From Catajapyx aquilonaris (lineage: Eukaryota): 46,112 bases of DNA. The notes under the pieces are model-generated. The model worked only from the letters and a program-made list of their open reading frames with translations. It searched no databases and was not told the origin of the DNA. The stretch's first letter is position 1, and every line of letters begins with the position of its first letter. The translations under genes and the position numbers were made by a program. Shown piece after piece: positions 35,258 through 46,112 of this stretch. The stretch lies in contig JYFJ02003222.1 in the NCBI GenBank assembly GCA_000934665.2, positions 1-46,112 on the forward strand, in the 5' to 3' direction.

Positions 35258-37212
35258 ATCGGTTATTCCTAGCTTGCCTGCCAAGAAGGATAATTCTTGA
35301 AAGTCACAGTGACAACCCAGTGTTGGGGTGAAAGTGTCAAAGGTGGTGAGGTTCGAATCTGGAAGTTTTTAATGTTGGAATTACTTTTGTTTCGATAATT
35401 ATGCTTCAAGAAAGGAAAACCAGAGTCATGAGAAACAGATTTCATGTTGCTCTCAATAAACTTGAGAACTGGGAGAGGGATGGAGATTATCGTAATCTGT
35501 GAATTGGTATTTGTATGATGCCTTACGATATGACCTGAAACTTGTGAAGCATTGCACATTACTCAAAGGTTAAGTTGCATCTGTAACATGTAGGTTAATT
35601 GGATATCAGTCAACTCCATGCGTAATATGTGCATTGGTTTTCTTGCATGTTATTTATCTGGGTACAATGTATTATGTAGTTCAGTTGGCTGTTAGCCAAT
35701 ATTATTCGGATGGTATGAGTTCCTACTTTTGATACACTACCTATTTCTTCATATTATTTAGGCAGGATGAATAAAGTTGTTTTTCAATGTACTGTATTTT
35801 ATGGAGATGTGCAGCTTCATTTGCAGAATCATCATCCATCACAGCATATTGGAGTTTATTTTGCAAGTGCATTATATCCAATGCATGCGTTATACTGTGA
35901 AAACACTGTATGTGAATCTCAATATGCGAAAATGATGGCGATCAGTACAGCATGCCACATTATCATCCCACTATTGCAACTGTAGAGATTGTTCAACACT
36001 ACGGCAAGTCTGTCCCCCTCCCCCCCCTGCATGGAAAATAATGCAAGTGAGTATCAGGAATTATCACCACCCACTCAATTCACTCTCAATGAGCCCGTTG
36101 TTGCACATTGAAGGCTGAAATAGACAGATATCTGAAATAATGTACTATTCTTTCCAGCGGCACTATTACCTGGTACTGTAATGACACAACTCTTGTGGTT
36201 CTCTGAGCCCAGAAACTCCATCACAGCAAGCTGGAGATGACCTTTCAGAGCTGAAACAATGCATGCGACATCACTTGCAGGTGAATAGGTAAAGAGAGAT
36301 TGTCCTCTTGTGTGGTACGTACTGTACTGTGGTTGAGCCTGAATGCGTAAATTAATCCAGAATGCCAATTTTTTATTAGTTTTTTTCACTTTTCAACTTC
36401 TCCATAATCTCTGTACATGTAGCCCTTTGTTGCTGAACACACATAACGGAACAGTCACTTTTGACATCTCAACTCAATATGCCAGGAACAACACCTTTTA
36501 GCTTACAAAATAATAAAAATACATTCGTAGTTTAAAAAATAGTGACATTCAGGAATATTATGATAACTAAAACTCATGTGCATCATGTTATCATGATTTT
36601 GCAACAAAAAATGCTTACAATAACTATGGGTAGTAAATAAATAATGGGTGAAAATATTGCTAAATGAACTAAATTGCTTGAACTTCTTTACTGAATTGCT
36701 GCTTCTTCCATTTTAAGCCTGGTCCATCCTCATCATCTTACTGGGAGATTCCCCCAATTCCAAAATAGATGTATCCATTGGCTCTTCTTCAATCCTGAAG
36801 GACCTCTTGAACTGAAAGAAAACAATACATGATGATTGAGAGTTACTAAGGCTTACTGCAGGATAGGAATATTCAAATGTGAAACCCTAAATTGTGATAC
36901 GTCATTGTCGGACTAGTACCTTCCTGAAATTAAGGCACATTTGATGAGGTAGTATCTGATAATGCGAGGGCTGGAGTTTGAATATTAATGTACTAATATT
37001 AATAATATAATAATATTTTAATATTAGTCATGACAACACTGGTATACTTTGAAAGAGGATAAGGGGCTGAACCGGTCTGAGCCAACCTACTGGTCCTGCA
37101 GCCCAACAACACTGGTTTATTAATTACACTACTTTTTCCTACAACTTTTGACACTTTTTTCACATCCGGATTTTGCTACCACTGTCCTATTGCATGTCAC
37201 ATGTTATACTAA

Positions 37213-37338
37213 GGGTCGGTTTCACCGAGCTCGGTATAAGATAAAACCAGGTTTCTTTGGGAAAATCCATACAAATATGTAGGGATTTTCCGAAAGAACC
37301 CTGGTTTTATCAAATACTGAGCTCGGTGAAACCGACCC
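37213..37338. mobile_element. PIF/Harbinger (Tourist)-like MITE
   Basis: TAA|GGGTCGGTTTCACCGAGCTC...GAGCTCGGTGAAACCGACCC|TAA. Confidence 0.9.
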
Positions 37339-37345
37339 TAAGGCA

Positions 37346-37481
37346 TTATTGCAACTCTGAACTATTGTCCAAGTGTCAAATTTACTATGGAAAACAATGT
37401 ATTAATATATGTGTAGTGAGTGGATGTCCCCCCACACGAGCCTATGGCTCGCAACACGGGGCTGACAAATAAATAAATAAA
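37346..37481 (+). mobile_element. 5'-truncated retroposed fragment (LINE/SINE 3' end)
   Basis: Ends in (AAAT)n and is flanked by the direct repeat ACATGTTATACTAAGGCA, whose left copy is split by the MITE. Confidence 0.65.
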
Positions 37482-38506
37482 ACATGTTATACTAAGGCAG
37501 GCATGAAAAAATATGTAAGTATCACAGGAGAAGTGTGTGCGCCACTTTGCTACCAAGTTACAAATAATGACTAATGAACTATATACACGTATAGCTGTAT
37601 TTACCTCCATTTGATCACACTGGCTTGAATCTTTCTGGCAGGACTGCCGCATGAGTGAAGGAGGCTGGATTGCAGGCATCATTTCGGGAGTGGAAGAGAT
37701 TGATTTGGCAGACTGCTTCGAGTCATCCACAGTGCATTCCATCTCAGCTATTCTTCCGTCCTTCTGTTGGATCAGGTTACGCAACTTTTGTTCTTCAGCA
37801 GCATGATCATCTATCACTTTCATCAATGATTCTATTTCATCCTGCATTTTCTTGTGTTTGTCCCGGAACTTTATTCTCGTATCATACATCCTTATCTTCA
37901 GTTCCGTTATCATAGTTGTCACATCCTTCTCCTCAGTTCGGTTTCCACTAACAAAAAAAAAAGTTAATTCATGGGTTTTGGATTTTATTGCCAAACTATA
38001 GAGAATACTCTACCTCATTTCTAAGATCATATCTGGACCAAGCTTCTGCGCTAACACTTTCTTTCCAGACATGCTCATGCTCTCTGTCAAATTCAGGCCT
38101 TCTTTGTGAAATTCGACAGATTCTGAGTCACATTCACCTCGCATTCAGAACGCCTGCGCACAGTAAAAATGGTGTCATGCACAATTATCCGGATGTATAA
38201 TCTTTCTAAACAGTTCTAAAAAGAACTTGCATCACATTCTCACCCGGATTCTCACCATCATAGTAATTATCCGGTTCATCTTCCAATAGTTTCTTTAATT
38301 GGTACTGCATCAGCCACCGCTTTTTCACAGGAGAAGCAATCCTGTTAATGATTATCATTAGTAGATGTAATGTATAGCAGTAGTTTTGTCTTACACATGA
38401 TTGATTTTGAGTTAATTAACAGGATATGGTTCTGCTACGGGGAATGTGTTAAAGGTTAATATTTATGATACTCATTTTGTAATGTGTAGTCTAGTTTAGA
38501 CTGTAA

Positions 38507-38781
38507 CGGTTTGTTCAGCGATATAATGCCATGATATTATGAGTACATTGCTCAACTCAGCTGCTGCGGCAGCGAAACAAAAGAGTAACAATAAAATAAC
38601 AATAAGTCATATTGCTATTTTATTGTTACTCTTTTGCTTCGCTGCGGCAGCAGTGGAGTTTAGCAGCGTACTCTATCACTCCAACAATGAATGACTCGCA
38701 GGTTGCCTGGCGACTTCTTCCTTGTCATTCATTGTTAGAGAGAGAGAGTGACGTAATGGAATTCTTTCGCTGAACAAACTA
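38507..38781. mobile_element. TAA-flanked MITE containing an internal palindrome at 38541-38673
   Basis: TAA|CGGTTTGTTCAGCGA...TCGCTGAACAAACTA|TAA; inner GAGTAC...AAAAGAGTAACAATAAAATA / TATTTTATTGTTACTCTTTT...GTACTC. Confidence 0.7.
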
Positions 38782-38955
38782 TAACTGCAGTATATTTGTT
38801 TGCATTATTATTCATTTGCAAGTATGACATTAGGTGCTTAGATCAAAAGGGGGACATGTCCACATATTGGGGATACATGAGTTAACGCTGCATAAATTTT
38901 ATGGTACCCATAAGTAGCTAGGCTAGTTGAAAAGTTGGAGAACCCGGGCATAAAT

Positions 38956-39203
38956 GAAGAGGCGGATTCCAAAGTCCCCTAAGCCCATTTTTGTTGTTTT
39001 GAGAAATTTGAGTTATTATTGGTATCAATAACATGGGATTATATGGGATTTGAGAAAACTCTGATTTTTGCGCTTGGAGTTAGGGACACATTTGGTGTGT
39101 TCTAACCTTGGGAGGAGGTGGGGAGTACCATAAGCTACCAATAGATGCCATCAGCTCATTTTTCATGAAAATGGACTTAGGGGACTTTGGAATCCCACTC
39201 TTC
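38956..39203. mobile_element. MITE with about 35-bp TIRs and a 4-bp AAAT TSD (possibly Sola-type)
   Basis: AAAT|GAAGAGGCGGATTCCAAAGTCCCCTAAGCCCATTTT...AAAATGGACTTAGGGGACTTTGGAATCCCACTCTTC|AAAT. The superfamily call is tentative. Confidence 0.8.
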
Positions 39204-40100
39204 AAATATTCCAGACATTCTAACATTATTTTACTGCGCTGCAATTCTGTCATATATTTAAGAATCTTTTGGCTCCTTCTTTGAACCTGACCCTTCCATT
39301 GCTGCCTTTTACCTCAACATGTTTCTGATGCTTGGATCCGACTCACTACCAGAGGCGGATGACCACGGTGCGTGGCAGCACTGCTGACTCCAACGCTGAT
39401 CTGGTCAAGTGGTCTCCTTTAGTTCTTTTTGTCCTATCTTTTGAGACAGCCTGACACCGGTTGAGCAACTGTTGATCTTCCAGCCACTTCCAGCCTTCTG
39501 CTGCGATTGTTTATTTGGAACAACAGAGTTTCCAATGGTGACTTGGCTGACATTTGACCAGGATTTGACTCTACTTGAGCCATTAGATGAAGCTACCACT
39601 GACACAGCTCTTGGGGTTCTCTGAGCACAGAAACCTCACCACAGAAAAGTTTGAGATTACTTGTCATCAATCCCTAAATTAATGCCTGTGACAGCACTTG
39701 CATGTAATGAGAGCTTTTCATGGTGTGAAGAGGTTGAGCCTGCATCCATAATAATCCAGAATGCCAATTTTTAAATTCTAGAGTATTTCAATTTTCAACT
39801 TTGTCATAATAATCTCAGAATTCATTTAGCCCTTTATTGCTGAACGCAAATAACAGAACAATCACTTTTGACATCTCAACTCAAAATGTCAGGAACAACA
39901 TTTTTTAAACTTACAAATGACAACATTCTCAGTTAAGAAAATTAGCGACACTCAGGAATATCATGAGAACTAAAAGGCATGTGCATCATATGATTTTGCA
40001 AGAAAAAAAACATGTGCTTAACATAACCATGAGTAGTCAGTAAATGAGATGAGAATTTCTGGCCGAACTTCTTTGCCGAATAGGTGCTGCTTAATTCATT

Positions 40101-41509
40101 TTAAGCCTGGTCCTTCCTCTTCATCTTCCTGGAAGGCTCCCCAAATGTCAATGCAGAGGCATCCATTGGCTCTTCTTCAACCACGAAGGACCTGTTCTGC
40201 TGAATAATTATATTGTTGGATAGTTGCGAATGATAACTACTGATGGGGTACATACATACAGTATACACATGTTTTAACTGTATTACCTCAATTTGTTGAC
40301 TGGCCTGCCACATGAGTGGAGGAGACTGGATCCATCCATCGGGATTGGACGAGATGGATTTGGCAGACTCCTTCAATTTATCCACAATGCACTCCAGCTC
40401 GACAATCCTTGCATCCTTCTCTTGGAGCAGGTTACGCAACTTTTCTTCTTCAGCCTTATGCTCACATATCACTCGCATCAATGATTCTGTCTTGTCCTGC
40501 ATTTTCTCGTGATTGTCCACAACCTTTCTTCCCATATCATACATCCTTTTCTTCCATTCCATCACCACAGGTGTCACATCCTTCTGCTGAGTTGGGTTGC
40601 CCCTAAAGAAAAATAAAGTGCTTCATTCATGTGCCTGAGATTTTATTGCCAAACTAGAGCATAACTGTTGGCCTACCTCGTTTCTAAGATCATAACCTCT
40701 TCACCCTGGTTCTCATCTGACCCCTTCTTTCCATCAGACTTGCTCGTGCCGCTCTCTGTCACATCTAGGTCTTCTGCGTGCAAGTCCACAGATTCTGAAT
40801 CAGCCACATTCACCTCACCTTGTGACGCACTCTGGACGCCTGTGCACAATTTTGTTTTTTTAAAAAAGTGTCATACACAATATTAATTATTACCCATTCT
40901 CTAAACTAAAAAAAAAAAGAACTTGCAATATATCACATTCTCACCATCATAGTAATAATTATCTTCCAGGATTTGCTCCAACTGGTACTGCACCAGCCAC
41001 CAATACTTCGATTTCAGGGCCATCCTGTAATAAATGATTATCATGAGAATGATGCACTGTATAGCAATTTTTTTTTTTTTTTGCCTTACGTACAATTTGA
41101 TTTTGAGTTTTAATTAAAAGGATATGGTACTGCAGTGAAGGGGTAAGCTATAACTTCATATGGTTCAATCGAATTGCTATAAAGGACCGGTTACACCGAG
41201 CTCAGTACATTATAAATCCGAGTTTATTTGCGAAAAAATCATCAGTCTTCATTGTTGACGACAATGGTTGCTATGGCAGCATTTTTTTTTTGTTATGACC
41301 CCAGCAGGTTCTATACTGAGCTAGGTGAAACTGGCCTTTTTGTTTAAATAATTATTCATTTTCTGGGATGGCATTTAAGGTTCCGTAACCGGGCATAATG
41401 ATTCGAACATAATTATATTTACTGTACCGGTACTGTAATATTTTAGAACGTTTTTTTTTTTGTTTTTGTTTTTTTTTGTTTTTTTGACCCTTCCCGTTTA
41501 CCTCGACAT
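40101..41509 (-). CDS. Gene G: uncharacterised coiled-coil protein; exons 41509-41502, 41024-40945, 40839-40677, 40602-40287, 40199-40101
   Basis: In-frame GT-AG model MSRMALKSKYWWLVQYQLEQILED...KLRNLLQEKDARIVELE...EEEPMDAS...KDQA*, with every junction mirrored in gene F. Confidence 0.75.
41183..41337. mobile_element. Degenerate Harbinger-like MITE related to 37213-37338
   Basis: AGGACCGGTTACACCGAGCTCAGTA...TACTGAGCTAGGTGAAACTGGCCT. Confidence 0.65.
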
Positions 41510-42582
41510 GATGCTCGATGGATCAGACGCACTGCCGGACTTCGATGACCACAGTGCGTACCTGCACCGACTGATTCGAACTCTGACCCGTTTACCTTCA
41601 CGTCCGTTCTTTCCAGAGAGCCCTCCACCACTGAAGCCGCTTCAGCCGAAATTGTTTACAATAGTTTGTTTGGAACGACAAATGTAGCCAACATGACGGG
41701 TTACCTTGGTGACCTTTGACTCCACTTTTTTTAAGTATGGGACGCGGTCTTTATTTTACATGTCTCAATAATATTGAAGCTCGGTGGTCATGCTGTACTG
41801 ATTGGTATAACAATGGCTCGGTTCATGGACCTGGTTCACTTACGTCTTGAGTTACGTGCGATTATCAGGTGGCTAGATTTTTCAGCTGATCACCTGCGAG
41901 TGAATGTTTTAAATCAATTAGTACACCACAGAATCGCATTTCTTTTGGAGAAAATCATACAATTTCAGCTAATTTTGATGTCAATAACAGTTACAAATTT
42001 ACGTTGTTGGAATCGTACGGTACTTACTCGTTGTTTATTTCCCGGAAAAATTAAGCATCGGTACGCTTTAATTGCGCCCGGGGTCCAAAGAGTTTTGTCA
42101 TCATTTTTATTTGCAAAGGGACCAGAATGAGTTTCCAATATTTTAAAAATGTTCTCCTTTTTTTCTACTCATCCGTTCGATTGCTTTAAAACAAATTTTC
42201 CCAGAATTGGGGCAATGCAACTTGAAACCGCCAAAATCTCGTAAGAAGTCAATTGTGACTATAATCGTTCAGCATTTGAGGTCTTCAGTTGTAAATGTTA
42301 GTGACACCACAGCACGTGGAATTGCTCAAAAATTGCTAGTGACTCTTTCCAATTGCCTCTGAAATTCAAGAGTGAATAACATGAGTCAACTCACAGGATC
42401 ATCAATTTTATGATCTTCTCCATGCAAAATGTGAACCTGAAAGAATATATTATAACTTATGATGGAATGGTAGGTGTCAGATTGCAGTCATTTGTTCAAT
42501 GTCTTGCGATACTCTTCGATAGAAATATCGTGATCATTGATATGATCACTTTTGAGTTTAGAATTCAGAGTTCACACACTAA

Positions 42583-42690
42583 GGGCCGGTTTCACCAGGT
42601 TTCTTGAGGAAAATCCATACAAATATGTAGGGATTTTCCGAAAGAACCCTGGTTTTATCATAATTATACCGAGTTCGGTGAAACCGGCCC
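42583..42690. mobile_element. PIF/Harbinger-like MITE, internally deleted copy of the 37213 family
   Basis: TAA|GGGCCGGTTTCACC...GGTGAAACCGGCCC|TAA; shared core GGAAAATCCATACAAATATGTAGGGATTTTCCGAAAGAACCCTGG. Confidence 0.9.
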
Positions 42691-42796
42691 TAAGGTAACC
42701 TTTTTTTTGATAAGTTTTATTTAGAACATGAGTCATATCTCTGCATCGAAACAATTACAAGACAGGTTTTAACTATATATACTTCGACACAGATTG

Positions 42797-42804
42797 TATC
42801 GATA
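42797..42804. promoter_or_regulatory. DRE motif TATCGATA
   Basis: Exact match, lying between the 5' end of gene G and the decayed plus-strand region. An 8-mer can occur by chance. Confidence 0.35.
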
Positions 42805-42836
42805 CACTCATCCACAGATATAGAGATATAGAGAAC

Positions 42837-42966
42837 ATAGATCGGTCGCTGTGAATGCAACCGAGGGGCCAATTTTATTACATGAAGGAATAGCTACAGC
42901 AGTTTGTAATAAAATTCCTGTAATATAATTGGCCACTCAGTTGCGTTCGTATAGCGACCGATCTAT
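42837..42966. repeat. Imperfect palindrome, probably a MITE
   Basis: ATAGATCGGTCGCTGTGAATGCAACCGAG...CTCAGTTGCGTTCGTATAGCGACCGATCTAT. Confidence 0.7.
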
Positions 42967-45067
42967 ACAACCAGCAGAAAAAAGTGTCGCTACAAAGGAA
43001 ATTAAAAAGCTCTATATTCTGGCAGTAAATGTAAGGGGCTTTAATTTTCATCTTCGCCCTTTTTTGCACGGGTCAAATTGTCCAGCGTGCTGACCTTATC
43101 ATCTTCATGGATAATGTAGACATGCGCGCACGTTGGAAGCGTCTTCTGGTACAGCTTTCAAGAAAATACAGTATATATATACTGACTCCGGTTGACAGTG
43201 CCTGATCAGTTATTTCCAAATTGACAGCAGTACCTTGCAGCAGACCTTGTAGGTTGTCTCAGAGGAATGCGTCCCTCCAGTTGCTGATGTTTTCGTGTGG
43301 CTAAATCATGATGCAATGAGCCTGTAACATATGTTGATGTATGGCAGGCCTTTCAATAACTGAGGAGAGAGAATGACAAGACGTATATCCCTTACTTTAG
43401 AGTTTAGACAGTATAGACCTGATAATATGCGGAATTATTATTATCATTCAACCCTCGCATTACTATTGTCAATGATACCAAGAAAGATACCATGTTTCCT
43501 AGAAATAACTGGATGTATTTCCCCGCTCTCCTATAATTAACTTATATATATCAACACCTAGACATCATTCTTTCGACAGGGGTTAGAGATAAATTATTTT
43601 GTTGAACTGGTTGAACCATGTGTTATCATTTTTCCAGTTTAGTATCTTTGTATTCTTAACCTTTTGGACCGATATGGCCATGATTTCATTCCCGCGGGAA
43701 ATTCCCTCACACTGCTGTATGTATATGTACCAGATATGTACAGTACATTGCACTTGTGTGCGTAAGTTGATACATATCCCTTTATCATATATGCAACCAG
43801 CATATTGGAATGTAGGCCTATATCAAGAAAGGCTATACGGCAGTTTGAAACTTCTTTAAAAAAATGAAGTTTTATCAATTGCTTTCCATGTTTTCTGTAT
43901 TCTCTGTCCTTAATTATTATGAAGTGGAACACAGATGTATGTGCTTCATTTCTGGATGATTTGATGATATTTCTACAGGAAGAGCTTGGTTCTTCGGCAA
44001 GTTTGGCTCCAAAAATGATTTTAAAAAGCCACAAATACCAGTAGCCTATGTATTCCTGTTGGCTTATTTTAAAGGCATGCACCGGTGTTTCTGGATTACA
44101 TGCACATTGCAACGAGAAGGTGATTGTCGCCTACGTCGTATATGAGTTAGTGTCTGTTTACCTGGAAATAAAAGGTGAACGTACGTACGGCTGTATAACT
44201 TTTATGTGTATTCATAAAAAAATGCATGATAATTGTGACTCATGAGTACACGCGTAATGATCGGCTCGATAATGAATTTAAGTAAGGTTCGTGCGTAACG
44301 TATAGAGTACGTGTACACCAGCACATTTTTTTTTGATCACTGAAGCAATGATGTCGTGCTAATTTACATTTATTAAAATGTAGTGGCTCTGCACACTCAT
44401 CAGTAAAATGTATACCGGTATTGTACATAAAATATCTTCATAGTTATCTAGATAAGAAAAGGTATACGCCTACTAGGCCTGTTGAAGTTGTCTGCTATTG
44501 ATACCTGCCACTATTACAAGTATAACCGAATCGTTGTATCTGGCTACAACCTGCATGATCGTAGGAGCAGTCACACTTGCCTCAAATCCAGTTAGAAATA
44601 TTGTCACTTTCATCTGACAAGGCCACCGAGAGCGTCGAGAGGATTCCCTGGAAGATGTAAGTAGACATATTCTTACTTTTCGGTGAGCACCATCACCATC
44701 TACAGTAGGACTCACGACAGTAAATAACCTAATAATTAATATTATAGGCTGCTAGCTATCGCTTTGCAGGTATGCAGCAGGGTGGCACACTACCAAAGTT
44801 GACATAATTATTATCCAACCGTGTCTAGAAATGGGTAAAACATGATGGATGACTCGCTAAGTCACAGCAGGTGGCTGTGCAGGTATATATGCATGCACAT
44901 CACAGTTCCGCGTCTACATTTGGGTCTAAATGCGACAGCTCACGAGCGACTGGAGCAAGTAATTCATCATGTTTTACATCAGCTCATTGTTGGGCAGTGT
45001 AGGTGTGTACCAGCCTGTATACAGTATAGTGTGCATTTAAAAGACATCAGAGTGGCAATCTCACTGA

Positions 45068-45310
45068 CTGACAAAATTTAAAAAAAGGGGTGAATCAAGA
45101 ACAGCCCTTCAAGTTCAGATCAATTCACTGATGAGGGAAGGCGCTAACCAGGATTTGAAGATTGAGTTTTACAAGCGTGACTTGCAAGAACTGAAGGACA
45201 AACTGAGCTCCGCTGAAACTGAATTAAATAAGCTTCGCGAAGAAAAACGGACCCCATGCCCACGCTGTGGTGCTGCTGACGAAAAAACAAGGAATTCAAA
45301 GCATCAATAG
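45068..45310 (+). pseudogene. Coiled-coil-like terminal coding segment of a probably decayed gene
   Basis: Open frame without ATG: ALQVQINSLMREGANQDLKIEFYKRDLQELKDKLSSAETELNKLREEKRTPCPRCG...*. Upstream exon-like blocks contain stops. Confidence 0.4.
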
Positions 45311-45651
45311 GATTTATATGCATCAGGTAATATAATACTTGACAAAATAAATACGTTGACTTTTATGGTAATTCATTGTTTTTATTTTTACGTAGTTGCA
45401 GAAAATGGTCGGAAAACAACCAGCTGAATACACTGGAAAATCGTTGTTCCCTCTGTGATGTAATGAGCTATTAAAATAATAACAGTAGATGTGGGTTGAA
45501 TTTTGTGAAACTTTTCTTTGCACTTCCTAATTTCAGAAGAGTGGAGCAACACTGGGAAAACTTTTTGACGTGGATACGTCCTTAAAATCGGATCCGCATG
45601 GGGGGGGGGGGCATGCAGGCAAACTCGAGCGTTACGGAAATTCATTACAGT

Positions 45652-46056
45652 TGTGACCGAATTTTATCGTGCCCATATGATGCCCCACTTAACGGATGTT
45701 ATTTTGTACCACACTGTACATGTACTTTTCCAACTTGGCTTCCCACGTGCCGCATACCTGTCACGTGACTCCTGCCAACATCCATACCCACCTCGCATTG
45801 GGGCGCTACCTATATAACCAGCCGCCGACCAACACTCGAGGCTTAGTAGCCAGGAGAATATCCTGGTCAACAGTCACTCCTCTCCGGAGGTTACCTACCC
45901 ATACCTGGTTATCCTTGCTACCTCTCTGGTTACCTTAAATTCCCTCCTTAACATTGCTATCCTCACGTACTCAGTTTTGCTTGCAAATAAACTCACTGTG
46001 CTTGAACCAACCCATCTTGCTTTTTCTTCAGTATGTACCCAGCCGCTCGGGTCACA
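45652..46056 (+). mobile_element. 5' LTR of an LTR retrotransposon (probably Ty3/gypsy)
   Basis: TGTGACCGA...TCGGGTCACA termini, internal TATATAA and AATAAA, followed by a PBS. Confidence 0.85.
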
Positions 46057-46064
46057 TATAAACG

Positions 46065-46082
46065 TGGTGTCAGAAGTGGGAT
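46065..46082 (+). other. Primer-binding site complementary to the tRNA-Leu 3' end
   Basis: TGGTGTCAGAAGTGGGAT is the reverse complement of ATCCCACTTCTGACACCA, the 3' end of eukaryotic tRNA-Leu(CAA) as recalled. Confidence 0.85.
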
Positions 46083-46112
46083 CGGTTTCTCCTTCGAGAG
46101 TTACTGATCGGT

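Larger units (their letters stand above)
36713..39320 (-). pseudogene. Gene F: coiled-coil protein paralogous to G, apparently frameshifted in exon 3; exons 39320-39313, 38341-38256, 38153-38014, 37947-37605, 36811-36713
   Basis: Same five-exon layout as G. Splicing at the homologous sites gives GVLNAR then TGA at 38136-38134, while downstream exons remain open. Confidence 0.6.

Noticed and set aside
38300..38341. KKRWL.Q motif in gene F reminiscent of SETD5/KMT2E/UpSET
   Set aside because: Too short, not conserved in paralog G (KYWWL), and no SET or PHD domain is present.

Overview
Eukaryotic genomic DNA, probably from a pancrustacean arthropod (inferred from spliceosomal introns, intronless divergent ionotropic receptors and a DRE motif). 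Left to right it holds: a partial minus-strand coiled-coil gene (A); a 4-exon GT10 alpha-1,3-fucosyltransferase; four tandem intronless divergent ionotropic receptor (IR) genes with signs of gene conversion; four plus-strand genes (B-E); a minus-strand tandem pair of coiled-coil genes (F, G; F apparently frameshifted); a decayed gene-like region; and the 5' LTR plus tRNA-Leu primer-binding site of an LTR retrotransposon. The most interesting system is the A-E family. Its members share an N-terminal coiled-coil exon and acidic linker exons (KxEP and EDPL motifs). After a common phase-0 intron they end in either C2H2 zinc-finger arrays (D, E) or an unrecognised helical domain with a basic tail (B, C). 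This suggests a lineage-specific modular transcription-factor family analogous to KRAB/ZAD-ZNFs. Introns of D-G carry many MITEs, SINEs, a Helitron and a three-level nested Tc1 foldback. All gene models were spliced by eye and no database searches were run.
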